Source: Fimbriosthenelais zetlandica (Eukaryota). From it: 64,000 nucleotides of DNA. The first letter of the stretch is position 1. Each line of letters starts with the position of its first letter. Shown here piece after piece: positions 1 to 12,755 of the stretch. Location: the NCBI GenBank assembly GCA_977030845.1, contig OZ365114.1, positions 23,622,001-23,686,000 on the forward strand. Direction: 5' to 3'. The notes beneath the pieces were generated by a model. That model searched no databases. It was given only the letters and a program-made list of their open reading frames with translations, and had not been told where the DNA came from. The position numbers were made by a program, and so were the translations under genes.

Positions 1-240
1 GATATAACAAGCACAGAAAAAAAAGCATTAATGTGTGGTATTTAAGACGGTGCGAATAGAGTTATCAGTGATATCGGTAGCTTTCAGGAGGCACTCTATG
101 TTGTATCACAGATATCTTAAGTATCGAATAGTAATTATTCGGTGCTCCCTCCTGATAATAAAACTTGAGATAATGTAACATTCTTCGTGGGGACGGTCTG
201 ATACCAATACCATGTCGAGTGAATACCGTAATCTGTCCCA

Positions 241-1659
241 TCACTTGGATCCACCTTCCAGTCTCCTCAAGAAATCTTCATTCACCCTATATGAAATTAT
301 AAAATACATGTATGTGAGAAATATTGCACTCATATTTATATGAAAATGACAATTTGATTACATATTAATTACCTCCTCCTATCAGCATCTAACCTCGCCT
401 GTCGATCACTGTTTCTCGTTTCATTATTCTCGGTCTATAGGAGGGAGAAATGAGTCTTCAATTATTACGGGACATAGAAAGGAAGGTTGGTGAAAATTGT
501 CAACAAATATTATGTAGTTTAGTTATCTGGTTTATTTTCAATGGACACCTATTCACCTTTTTTCTCGCATGATCTTTTTTACGCTGGTCATTTTCCTCTT
601 CTGATTTTCTTTGGTTGGTCTTGTGTAGAGCTGCACGCCTCTGCATTAGCAATGAATGTATATATGTAATTATGCACAGTTCATAGCCAGTTGTAAATGT
701 ACGGAAAATCATTGTACTGCTAGCACACTATCATGTACCAGTAGAGCTCTACACTGAAGTAAGGTAACTCACAGAAGGTGAAGGCAGGAATCTTTCTTGG
801 GCATGTCTCTGTTGGATAGATTCAGATTGTGTCAATCCTCCTCCTGAAAATAGAAATTGTAACATTTTATATTTGGTCAGTTTGTAGGCCTAAGGTGTGT
901 GGTTTAAGTTAGATAACTGATCAGGCATTTTATGATACGGTAATTAGTGAAAGCAAGTGAGAACCTACCAATAGTGCCAACATATGATACATGGCCCAGC
1001 TTTTGTGAATCCTTATATTTTTTATAATTAGCCTCTTCCTTCTGTGCTCCTGTATAGATTAAATAGTCATAATGGGGTCAGATAATCAGGAAATATTGGT
1101 CAGAATTGATCTAATGTCATATGACACCAAATATTTGGTGAGTGTGTTATCATATTTTAGTGTAGATATTTTATATATAGTCGTGCCTTGTTGGATTTTG
1201 TTCCTCCTCTTTTCGTCTGGCATGAAAACTGTATAGGCATCTCTCCTGAAATTGAAAAAAGTAGTTATAAATTACGTTATGATTTCATATATTATCTTAA
1301 TCCATGTTACAAGGTAGAGGTGGCCATCCATGCTGTAGACTACCTAGATTATCTTTAATATTACAGGTACCTAATTTCTTTCTTATGTCCACTTCATCTT
1401 ACTCTAACTTAGTCTAGGACTGTCTCTGAGTTCTCAGTTAGATACTAGGCTAATTTTGGTCGATATCAAATTATTACAAAAAAATTGACTACCTCTGTGT
1501 TTTATCAGGAGATCTTTCCTGTGCTGTCGCACCTTCTGTCGCTGCCTCCTCACTCTGTTTAGTATTTGTTGTGGGGGGATTCCCTCGTCCTCGTCCTCTC
1601 CCTCTTGCTCCCCGACCCCTCGTTGTCCTTGATACACTTGGATAAGCGGTATAACTCAT
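241..1659 (-). CDS. EPSTI1: EPSTI1-like protein (epithelial-stromal interaction 1 family), 7 coding exons, ~189 aa
   Basis: Exons (minus): 1659-1493, 1245-1187, 1049-969, 843-773, 640-557, 434-373, 286-241, total 570 nt with consistent phases. Translation includes DAYTVFMPDEKRRNKIQQGAQKEEANYKKYKDSQKLGHVSYVGTIGGGLTQSESIQQRHAQE...RRVNEDFLRRLEGGSK*. This resembles the remembered EPSTI1 pattern AYTLIAPNINRRNEIQRIAEQE...LGGSQSETEVRQKQQ...AEFLSKL. Intron 2 requires a GC donor. Confidence 0.75.
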
Positions 1660-3439
1660 GTTAATTATTGTCTGTATATGATAATAGAACCTCTAGTTAC
1701 CTTAATGATACCACATTTGAATCTGATCCCCACTCTTAAGTCTCCTAACACATGTCTTTCTGGTCGGGAAGGATCAGGTCGCCTTATGTTTTGGTTTCGA
1801 TGGGGGGAATCCCTTCTGATGACGTCATATCCACCTAGTTCCACTTTTTGCCGTACTGGGCACTACCTACTCCTTCTGACCCATCCCATAGCCCGCGCTC
1901 TTTCCAAACCCACCACACCTGCTATAATAATGACTTTGCTTGGCCAAAAGATATGACAAAGAAGGCAAAAAAGAAGTTATTTTAAGTACATCCATTTATT
2001 TTCTAAGTTATCTGAAAGGAAAGTGGAGGATCATAGCTAAGTATTGTAGGTTCGTACATCCTTAGAGTACATGCTGATAATAAACTAGCCACCACGATTA
2101 CTAGTAATCATTAATAATCCCATTTCCCCTGCCAGAATAAGCTTTAAAAATACACTAAGCCATTATAATATCATCATGACATATCCAGGAGAGTTTTACA
2201 AGGCAGCCTCACACCTCAATGATTAACCTCGTTAAATCAGGCAGCGTTTAACTTTAGAGATCAATTATTTAGTTGCATTACCAAGAATTCTGATGATTCA
2301 TATAGAACATAATTATAGAATTAATTTATAGGAATAGACTGAAGGCAATTATCTATCTCCTGTCCAGGTCGCCAATTACAACCAGCCTAAAACTTGTGTA
2401 CACAACAAAGACCCTCTTTGAGAGAAAAATGTGTATTGAGAGGCAGACTGAAAGTTATAGATGAGTACCAAAAAAACATACTTAAAACCTTAATATTTAC
2501 ATAAAAACTTAATATATAAGTCATCGTTTCTTAATGCCTGTTACTCTATAGTAAAATACACTTTGAAATTTAAATAGTTCAAAAATTCACATTTTGACAT
2601 AATTCTTCATGCAAGGACTAAGTGCTTTCCAAACATAGACAAAGTAAAATCTTTAGTTCTAGGCCCATAGACACACCTAAATCCATCTTTTTGTAATTCC
2701 TATTCCACTATGTGTAAAGTGAACATTTTCAAACTTCTGTCTAGACTCTTGTCTCTAAGCTAAGTACTGGTACTTAACTGCTATAACAACACAGCCTCCT
2801 AGCCCTCTATTCTAATCCTCCAGTCTTGCACCCACCCACCATTCTGACCTGCTGTCATGGCAACAACAGAGTTTCCTCCTAGACTTGACCACAACACCTC
2901 TAAGCATACACACCAGTCAGGGTCTCCCCCTAGACTTGACCACAAACCCCTTGGCTATATATAATTCTGTTGGATAATCACTTATTGTGTCAAAGTAATC
3001 AATTTCAGGCTAATGTTTTTAAATATGAGAGAACAAAACTAAACTCTTGATAGGTATTACAAATTGTAGATTTAGATATTCTCTATCTTATACTTAATTT
3101 AATTCTCTCAGTGCCATGAGGCATATAAGTTTCACTGTTACATGTGGACTCAAATGCTTCAATTACCAGAGATGTGTCATTGCTTTCATTAAAAAGAAGC
3201 TGAACATTTCATTGTGCAATCAATCTTCTCATAAAATAGATGCCATTGTTATGATTGACCAGCAGAGTTATTCTCTGAACAGTTCTAATAAAAAATAGGC
3301 TTAAAGAAAGAAAGACTTAGGCAAGTCTCTCTTCACTAATCCAAGTGACCACGAGAGTGGAGGGTTGGGGGGTGGGGTGGGGGGGGGGGGGGGGGGGGGG
3401 GGTGCTGCAGGTGCTACCTTGACCTTGTCTTAAATTTTT

Positions 3440-4140
3440 GTGTATTCAAAAGCATAATTAGAAATAATTACTGTACTGCATAATGCAATACATGTATGCA
3501 AAGGTCTATTTATGTGCATCATTTTTTGTAATTCATACTAAGCTCTATCTTTAAAAATAAACTTGCCAGAGTGAAAAAAGCATGAAAATATTGACCAAAA
3601 TGGAAAATATTAAAAAAATTATAACAAATCAACTTACAAGTGGAATACATTATGCAATATAGGTATCAACAGGTCTTTTTATGTACTTTAATTCATCTAA
3701 TTCATTTTAAGCTTTGTCTTTAAAAATAAACTTGCTGGATTAAATAAACTGAAAATATTGGGTTAATTAGATTTTACATCAATGTGACGTCATTTACGTC
3801 ACATGGGTCTTCACCAAAAACTATTTTTCAGATACGCCCCACCCAAAGGATTCTTATTAACCAAGTGTAATCAATTTCTAACATTTTTTAATTGGGAAGA
3901 AATGGCATTTGAGAGATTTCATACCCCTGACCTAATTACACATAACTAATTAGGTCAAAGGTCAAATATGTAGGTCAACTTATAGTCCATCATGTATCTT
4001 TACACTACATACCATTCATCTTATTCTAGATCCGCATGGGTCCAAAAAAATTACAATCAAATTTTACCAATTTGGCTGGTTTGGTGACGTCATATGACGT
4101 CATGTGATGACGTATGACATCCATTCATCACATTTGACCA
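3440..4140. repeat. Probable interspersed-repeat relic with a local duplication
   Basis: aggtct.tttatgt...aagct.t.tctttaaaaataaacttgc...tgaaaatattg occurs at ~3502-3597 and ~3671-3760. The downstream part is rich in tgacgtca and ggtcaa motifs. The family is unknown. Confidence 0.4.
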
Positions 4141-4226
4141 CTCCTTACTATGGTCTACAATATATGTGAAAACCAGATTCCTACCTCTAATATAAACCCA
4201 TTTTTCATCAAAAGTCTAACTACAAC

Positions 4227-4262
<36 letters not shown>

Positions 4263-4377
4263 ATAGTGTAGAACAACGAGCACAAAATCTAAAACCCCAT
4301 TTTCCCCATAAAGGGGAAATGGGATTAATTTATATTGTGGGAAAATGGATATTCGCTTCTCAAGGAAAAGATGTAAT

Positions 4378-5990
4378 TTATTCTTTTTTCTTGGAAATTG
4401 GGGCTCGAAGAATTTTCTTTCGTTGAGCAAACATGTGCAGGTAGAGCTGTGGGAAAACTGAAATGAGAAAAATTATATGGTATGAGCAATATGTAGGTGC
4501 CTGACGTGCTAAAACTTCCAGAAAATGTCGATTTATCTTGATGGCTATTGTATTTAGGCCTATCGATGATAAGAATTTATTAATGACAAAGCACTCGGTA
4601 ATTGGTATATTTGAACAAGAAGAGAAATATACGTACTTGGAATGTATGAAGCCATGACAATAAATAAGAAGTAGTAGTAACTGAAGGACATATTGACAGC
4701 ATTTGGCATGCTGAAAGAATATATCCCGGACCTTTTGATGTATGGCATGGCATTGTAGATTGTAAGCAGTTCGCCCTGTGTAGAAATGAAATTATATTTT
4801 ACATGTATACTGAATTGAAAAGATTTGATCCAAACCGCAGATCTTAGGTAGAAGCCAGTATAAATTCAATACACTTACAGTCACACCTATTGGGTAGAGC
4901 ACGATGAACAAAGTATATCTGAAATAGATTTTAACATTTTATCAGTCAGTTGTCAGGTACTGTACATTTATCGGTTCTCGTGAAATAATCAGATTGGTCA
5001 GTGATTTATTTACCTGGCCCAGGTGAGCAGTGATGGTACTTGGTTGAGGAGTGTGAAGACGTAGTAAGAATAGCGGATTATTTCTGTTATACTCCACGCA
5101 AACAGACACATCATGATACTGTATTCATTGTGGACCTGAAATGGTTGTTGTAAACTTAGTCATATTCCATGTAAAGATATATCATTTCTATCCAGTTAAG
5201 ACCAGGTGAGACTATGGATTATGAACAATTAGGCTTAATACAGGTACACACCTGCTTAACGTTAACCACTATACCCCAGACCAGAAAGACTCTGGAGGCC
5301 ACTTGAAAAGCTGTCAGTACCCAGTTGGAGCGCACGAGACCAAACATAGCATGGAAAACCTAGAAAAGATTGTATATATTAATTAATGTAATCGTGATTT
5401 ATGTATAACTTATGACAATAGCCTACTGTCAGTACTGATTATTGTCTAAAAGAAATGACACATTGTTATTGAAATGAAGTGTGGAAAAATTAACAGCTGT
5501 AATTACTTTTCTTTTTACCATTTAACAGTTTAACAGTTTATCTCATCACTACAGTTGTATAGCAATCTGATTAGCCTATGGTACCTCAAGAACTGCAGCT
5601 GTCTGGAACACCAAAAGAAGATTTGCAACAGAATGATAAGCACCAATATTGGTGCCTTCAGCCATAAGATGCAGTACCAGGGCAAAAAGCAATGCTGTCC
5701 ATCTGCAAAAGAAGAATGCTACAAGTATATTACCACATCGAGGTTATATAACCGACTGTCACTGAACAATACCCTTATGCTTAGCTTTAGGCTCAGGGAC
5801 AGTGGGAATGGCAAAAAAACAACATTGGCAAAATTAATGTCAACATGGGCGATAATAGGGGGCCGGTTATCAGATCGCTTACATCAGGGTACATTACTCA
5901 CCCTAAAGTTTGGGCGAAATTATACAAGATGAGGTAAGGTACTGTCAGTGTCTTCTTGCCAGAATCTTTATCAGTTTTGGTGTCAGCCAT
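4378..5990 (-). CDS. HACD2: Very-long-chain (3R)-3-hydroxyacyl-CoA dehydratase (HACD1/2, PTPLA/PTPLB family), 7 exons, 231 aa
   Basis: Exons (minus): 5990-5902, 5702-5585, 5359-5252, 5135-5014, 4918-4879, 4775-4637, 4457-4378, total 696 nt, all GT-AG with consistent phases. Motifs: YLILYNFAQTLGW, FQTAAVLE, TAFQVASRVFLVW, AWSITEIIRYSYY, WARYTLFIVLYPIGVTGELL, IFPQLYLHMFAQRKK. It ends in an ER-retrieval-like KKKE*. HACD1 versus HACD2 cannot be resolved. Confidence 0.95.
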
Positions 5991-6108
5991 CGTGGAAACT
6001 TTGATCAGGGGCGAACTCTGACCAGTCTACGCGTACACCTGCGGAAGTGACTTGTGGATTTCCGGTCTCTGGCTCCAGATCGAGGCTCCAATACGTGAAT
6101 GAACCAAC
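5991..6108. promoter_or_regulatory. Bidirectional promoter / 5' UTRs shared by HACD and FAF2
   Basis: 118 bp between divergent start codons. ETS/GABP-like GCGGAAGTG at 6041-6049 and an oppositely oriented TTCCGG at ~6060-6065. Confidence 0.8.
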
Positions 6109-9100
6109 ATGGCGGACGAAGAAGACCTTACCCCTGAGCAGACAGAAAAACTCTTGCAATTCCAGGTAATTCCTGTTATAAATATTCTCCGATCTACTTT
6201 TATTTCCATTATACGTTGTCCCTCCACCTTCACACATCGTAGGATTGAGTATAATTGCGATCCTGGCGAGTAAAATGCAGTTTAAGCGCTTCGCTATCGT
6301 CATCGCGAATGACGATTGCATAGACACTATGAAATAGCAAAATATTAGTACTTCAGTTCAGGCTCAGCCTGCACGATCCCAAGCTTATTAGACTGTCTAA
6401 TTTTAGTATTAGAGTCAGACCTATCAACTGAATCACTGCTTTAAATGACACATCATGTTCGATAATAAAATAGGGTAATTGAAAATCACCATTTTGGCAT
6501 TTAGCAGGATTATAAAATTAGGTACCGGCTAAGGCTATGAGTATGAACATGTAAACCCATGCCCTAACAATATTTTGGGGTAAAAAATATAACTGACATC
6601 ATTTTAAGGATCTTACTGGAATTGAAGAGATGGCAAGATGTAGAGAAATACTACAGAGACACAATTGGGACATGGAGGTAGGATATATTTATTTTTAAGT
6701 TTCATGACATTATATCACTGATTCAATCAATGACATCACCATTTGATTTTACTAATACAATTTTCAAGCCTCTGTCATCCTTCTGGGTGCACCAGAACTA
6801 TGTTTTGTAGATGTTAAAGTATGGCCAATTGTATCATATTAATCATATGGATGGCTAATTTATGTAGGCCTACTATGAATTATTTTGATAGATTTATGCA
6901 TCTTTGTATTCCTCACTTGAAATTTGATAATAACGTTTATTAGGTGGCTGTCCAGTCCCGGTTTAATGAAGCTGAAGGTGCTCCAGCCATTTACCAAGAA
7001 CCTCGCCGAGAACTGCATACTCCCCCTGTAGATACACATCCTAGTGATCAAAGGTAACTGTCCTCTCACAGGCTCTCAGTAATCCCCATCATTGGTACGC
7101 CACTCTTACCAAAGCTTGCCAATCGACAATTAGAAATTAAAGCTCGAGTCTCTAATCCCTAAATTGGGATCCATTTGTTTTAGTAATAGTCTTCATTTTG
7201 ATATATCGTGTTTCAAACTATGGTAAAATATAAATGATAAACTTTATAATTTCAAATTATGTTGTAGGTATTACTACTAAATTAATGACACCTAAATCAT
7301 TGAATGTGCGTTTTTGATTGAAATATTCACTTGTTCTGATCTTTCTTTAAAAAAATCTTTTTCTTTTCAGAATATACACAGTGGCACGGCCCCGCCCCCA
7401 TGGCTTGGTTGGCTGGGGATATTTTATTGTCCTTTTCCCATTTCGCTTTGTCTATTCTACTGTTATGGATATACTTAGATTTGCTTGTAAGTAACCTTCA
7501 AATGGTACCATCGTCTTGTACTGCTAATACTTCTATTTTATAATATGACTGTTTATGCAAGTTTCTCAAAAATTATTTTTCGGTATCCCAGAATAATTGA
7601 TCACATTTTAATTATTTATTTCTCACCCCTAGATCGTCTACTTAGACCAGATCCTCGCCGATGTAAGTATTACTGTTTGTACCAGGAATATTTTTTATGA
7701 TTAAACATAGACATAGAAATTGATTCTATGTCTATGGATTAAATGATTTCCAATTTACAAGCCACACTCGATTCCACAATCAATATTTCATTCAATGTCA
7801 TTTATTATTGCAGATGTTACTGACCCAGTTGCTGATGTTACAGCATTTCTTGCAAAGTTTGACGAAGATTATGGAGCCAGTCGCCCAAACTTCCTTTCTG
7901 GCACGTATAGCCAGGTGTGTACCGCTCTATTTTGCAATCAACTTGAATCTTAATCCTGTGACTTAATTATATTTATTTAGCATAATAATATTTATGTACT
8001 AATATACTAGTACACCTGTTTTAATGATCATTTGATTGTCATCTCTTTAAGGCTCTGAACGAAGCTAAACGTGAACTGCGCTTCCTGCTAGTCTATCTTC
8101 ATGGCGATGACCACCAGGACACACCCGCTTTTTGCCGCAATACATTGTGTAATCCCGAAGTGGTCGAATTCATCGACCTTCACATGATCTCTTGGGGCTG
8201 CAATACCAGCAGTCCGGAAGGATTTCGAGGTTGGCTCCCCAGCCTTCATTATTCCTAATCGAGGTCTCTTTCCTCGCTAGTGTTGGTTGATCATGAAAAA
8301 ATCGAATAAGCACTACACTTACTCTTAACCAGAAATATAATTATGAGGTATAAATATCTTTATACTTTCAAAGTTAGATTATACGTTTAAAGTTAGATTA
8401 TATAACAATAACGCATCTTTTTTTACAGTTTCTCAAGCACTGAGAGAAAATACCTACCCGTTCCTAGCGTTGATTGTATTGCGCGAAAACAGAATGACTG
8501 TGGTAGCGAGGATAGAAGGCCCTATAGGTAAGTGGGATAGGATCATATAGTACATATATTGGATAACATTTGGTAACTAAAATCAAGATTTCTATCAATA
8601 TCCCTAGTGCTTCTTTTGACTAGCTATAAAGATATTAAGTATTAGATAAGGTAATACTCGTTTTGTTATTTTAACCGCTGATTTTGTGCTCGTTACAGCT
8701 AGTGAAGAACTCATTTCTCGGCTGAACCGAGTCATGGAGGATAATGAAGCATCATTAATTAGTGTTCGAGCTGAAAGGTATGATCAACTTTAAATATCTG
8801 ATAATTAATTTAAACTTTATTAATATTAAAGAATAGTCCACGTAAATGTTGGTTATTTATGCCACTACTTTAACTTCATTTATACCAGGAATACCATCTG
8901 GAAGTTCACCAATAATAGGTTTAATATTTTTATATTGAATATCCGCTTACACTTATGCCTTTGTCTCATGTAGGGATGAGAGGAGCTTTAACCAAACATT
9001 AAGGGATCAACAAGATGAAGCTTATCTCGAGTCACTGAAAGCTGATCAAGAAAAGGTGAGTACTTCCCCCTGTTAATAACACAAATCTGGCGCACAATAT

Positions 9101-10025
9101 CTGGCTGTTAAGTCACACTGGGTGTTTTCACTGGAAATGTATTGTGACTTTATTGTTCGGATAATGATACAAAGATTCTATTTCATTTATTTCCATTGAT
9201 AGGAGCGGAAACGTAAGGAAGAGAAAGAGAAACAAGAAAGAGAGGAGCAGGAGGAAAAAGATAAAGTATTACAGGAGGAAAAGAGAGTAGAGGTAAGTCT
9301 TATCTCATTTTTATACTGTTCTGAATTAAAGGGTGGTCTTAGGTTCTATTTTAAAAACCATTAGATTATCCATAGTACGGTACAGACTAGTGCTTGTCAT
9401 CTGGCATTTTAAGTATGGATTTTAGGTTGATTCATAATTATACATTATACACATACATTATATATATACTCATTGATGTTCTCTATGTCTGTAGGAGTTA
9501 GCTCGACGTAAAGAAGAAATACGTGGACTTATCGAGGATGAACCATTAGCAGATGAACCAGACACCATTCGTATCCTATTAAAATTACCTAATGGAACCA
9601 GATTAGAGAGGCGCTTCTACAGAAACCAGTCATTAAAGGTGACTATACTCTCTTTGATACTGTTTCTTCTCTTCTGTTGGTGCCCAGACACCTTACCGTA
9701 ATACCTAATTTATCTGATTCATAAATATTATAGTCTATGGAATAATTGAATGTAAATGACTACTCATTCAATACCATTGCTCTGATTCCTGTATGTTGCT
9801 TAAAATTGTCCGGGAACTTAGACCGATTATCCTTCTTTCTTCCAGCATTTATATAATTATGTGTTTGTCCACGAGGCGGCGCCAGACGACTTCCAGATAA
9901 TCACCAATTTCCCACGTAAAACCTTACCTTGCCAACCGACTGAAGAGAACCCCGAACCCCCTACCTTCAACGATGTAGGACTAGGCAAATCAGAAATGCT
10001 CTTTGTTCATGACAATGAAGCCTGA
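6109..10025 (+). CDS. FAF2: FAS-associated factor 2 / UBXD8 (UBA-like, membrane hairpin, UAS, coiled coil, UBX), 13 exons, 444 aa
   Basis: Exons: 6109-6165, 6609-6677, 6944-7053, 7371-7486, 7633-7662, 7814-7914, 8052-8229, 8429-8527, 8699-8777, 8974-9055, 9203-9292, 9495-9638, 9846-10025, total 1335 nt. Motifs: TEKLLQFQDLTGIE, GTYSQALNEAKRELRFLLVYLHGDDHQD, SQALRENTYPFLA, LRDQQDEAYLESLKADQEK, LKLPNGTRLERRF, NFPRKTLPC. Confidence 0.97.
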
Positions 10026-11933
10026 TCCTCTCCCCCTTATATGCCTTATCCTAGCCTAAATTACCACAAACTAAATACCAAGTCTTCTTGTGTGTCACCT
10101 CAAAAAGGAGGGAAGTGAATGTCTTTTATGTTCATTCAGAAACCCGAATGACTTGGAGCCCTGTCATAGGCTTTCAAAAAATTTAGCATAAATTAAACGA
10201 CACATTTCGAGAAAGAGATGGTTTATGAAGGGGGCTTCCAAGTGATGATGGCATTCCAAATAAGAGAGGGACAAAATGGCCGCTAACAAACGGAATTTGA
10301 AAAGCGACCTCTTAGGACCAAATGATGGCCTTATTGGTTTGAAAAGATTTGAAAGACTTTCTTGATATCTTAATACCTATCTTTATACCAATTTTCTTTT
10401 TAAACTATCCAAGAAAATGAACGTAAATGAAAGTCTTCTTGAATAATGTCAGCCCTTGTGATTGCAGGAGATGTTGTATAGGCTTAGGTAAAAATGATTA
10501 TATGATAGGTTCTTATAAAGGAAAAATGAATAGGGTCAGACGTGTGTAATCGGAACACTTCAGACACTTCACGTGTAAAAAAAGAAGGGGGAAAAGAATA
10601 TATTTTATACCCTTTGGATTTGGATGTTTGATGATCTAGCGGGTTCAGTGAAAGAATGTGCTAAATGTTCGATAGGCTTTTAATTCTCAGTCGAAACTAG
10701 AAAGAGAAAAACATGAAGTCCACTTAATTTCATTAGAAACTTGAGGTATGGTATATACTGGTACAAGTTATTCGGAAAATCATCTGCTTTAATGATTATA
10801 TGTACACAACATGTTGGTGTCAAGTAAAATTAACTTTGAAATTTTGTGAACAATATTGTTCTCGTTAAGGAACACTCGTTATTCTGTCTATAAGATTTTC
10901 TTTACTTATGTTGTCAATATTTCTGCAAAAAATGTTTACTAGAGAAAGTATTCATACCAAAAATTAAATTAGAGGAATTGAAAGGTGAAATGGATGCTTG
11001 TATCCGAAGGACCGTTCACCCCCATTTAATATTAACTAATTGAATCTTGTGTATAGTGTTTTTTTTGTTCATAAATTAAAAATGTAAAGTACTTTCAGTC
11101 GTAGATAGCTTAATGCTTAGTCCTATTATGTATAAACTGGCAAAGATTCTGTGAATCAATAATAAATAAAAAAAATTGCTACGTTTAAAATGTTTCCTTT
11201 TCCGTTTATTTAGTTTGCCCATAGAAAGATGGTTTGCACGACGAGTCACGGCGCATACAACAATAACAACCCAGGAAATATATTTCAGAGTGAATTGTAT
11301 GTCGTTGAAAAGATGCCACACTACTGTCTGTTGAAGAATAAGAATAGATGAAAACTATATCTACATGCACACATCGTGTCTGTTTTATTTGCATTGCTGA
11401 TAGCGCCCCATGCTACGACGCCACCGCCGGCAGAAGCGTGAATTAATGCCTAACACCTGTGTTTTACTCTTTTCACAGGGCTCCACTTCCGGTCGTGTTG
11501 TAAAACCCGGTTACATCTTGTTTATTCTCCGTTTAGCGGCTGCTTCTTCCCTTCATTTAAGGTTAGTCTAACTAAACAAATGATTAATACGTGCAGTAGT
11601 GCTTTTGTGTAGTATTAGGACTTAATATATACCCGGTATGTCTTGTTTAAAGCCTTGAAACCTCGGTGCTGTCAGTGTCGGGACTTTTCGGTCACATGTG
11701 CTATCACAGACATAGAATCAATGTCTATGGTGCTATACAGTTATGTTTGGAGCCTATGCTCTGTCGTGATCTGCACTGTCGTGATCAATGTAGGCCTACC
11801 GTATCGAAATCATGATAAGGCCATGACCATAATGAAAAACTTGTTTGATTATGTCATTGGGGAGCGTGTGCTGGTAACAATGAATCCAGAGATGTAGCTA
11901 TAGCTAGACTAGCCGCCCTATATGGGAAGTAAT

Positions 11934-12755
11934 TTAGTAAATCCATTGCCATACACTATAATAGAGAATTAGGCTATTATTCTTAGTTTTTTTTAAAAAG
12001 AACTTTTGTCCGATTTTATTGGTGGATAGATGTAAATATTTGTATTTTTTATTAAATCTAGACATAAAAAAAGCCTGTGTCTTTAGTACCGTAGGTGATA
12101 GCCATGACGGTTTAGTATCAATATTATATTATATAGTAAATCCATTGCCATACCGGTCAGGGTTTCCGCCAGGAAATTATTGATGGGGGGGGATAATTTT
12201 GGCGGCCCCAAGGGGCCCTAACCGTATATTGTGAAAATAATTTAGTGTCCTGGCAAAATATTATACAGGCTTACTCTCAAGGTTTCTACATTTGTCTGAG
12301 TGCCAAAGGCACTCGAGTGTGAGCGCCGAAGCCGGCGAAGGCGCGAATCATTCCTAGGGGGGTCCGGGGGCATGCCCCCCGGAAAATTTTGGAATTTAAG
12401 CTGTAATTTGGTGATATTAGTGCATTTTGGGACATAAAATAAGGTGTAATAAGGTTATGGATAATTGTTATTGAAAAAATATTACTCGGCAGGTTCATGG
12501 GGGGGATATCCCCCCCTTGTCCAATTTATGCAGGGGAAAAATCCCCCCCATCCCCCCTCTGAATGAAACCCTGCCGGTACACTATAATAGAGAATTAGGT
12601 TATTATTCAGAGTTTTTTTTAAAAAATAACTTTCGTCCGATTTTATTGGTGGATAGATGTAAATATTTGTATTTTTTAAAATTAAATCTAGACATAAAAA
12701 AAGCCTGTGTCTTTAGTAGGTGATATCCATGACGGTTTAGTATCAATATTATATA
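11934..12755. repeat. ~200 bp tandem duplication; the second copy is interrupted by a MITE
   Basis: The block tagtaaatccattgccatacactataatagagaattagg...ggtttagtatcaatattat occurs at ~11934-12130 and again at ~12134-12152 plus 12578-12755. Confidence 0.9.
12153..12577. mobile_element. 425 bp non-autonomous DNA transposon (MITE) with a TA target-site duplication
   Basis: Terminal inverted repeats CCGGTCAGGGTTTC / GAAACCCTGCCGG, flanked by TA on both sides. The paralogous empty site at ~11945-11960 reads ccaTAcactata. There is no internal ORF. Confidence 0.85.

Noticed and set aside
4228-4260. Retroposon poly(A) tail
   Set aside because: It lies in the HACD 3' UTR as a U-tract on the transcribed strand, and I saw no target-site duplication or element body.
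5555-5932. 125 aa plus-strand ORF
   Set aside because: It is the antisense shadow of HACD exons 1-2.
5983-6327. 114 aa minus-strand ORF
   Set aside because: It is antisense to FAF2 exon 1 and the promoter, and shows no recognisable motif.
7071-7094. 24 nt poison exon in FAF2 intron 3
   Set aside because: The upstream intron would be only ~17 nt, too short to splice.
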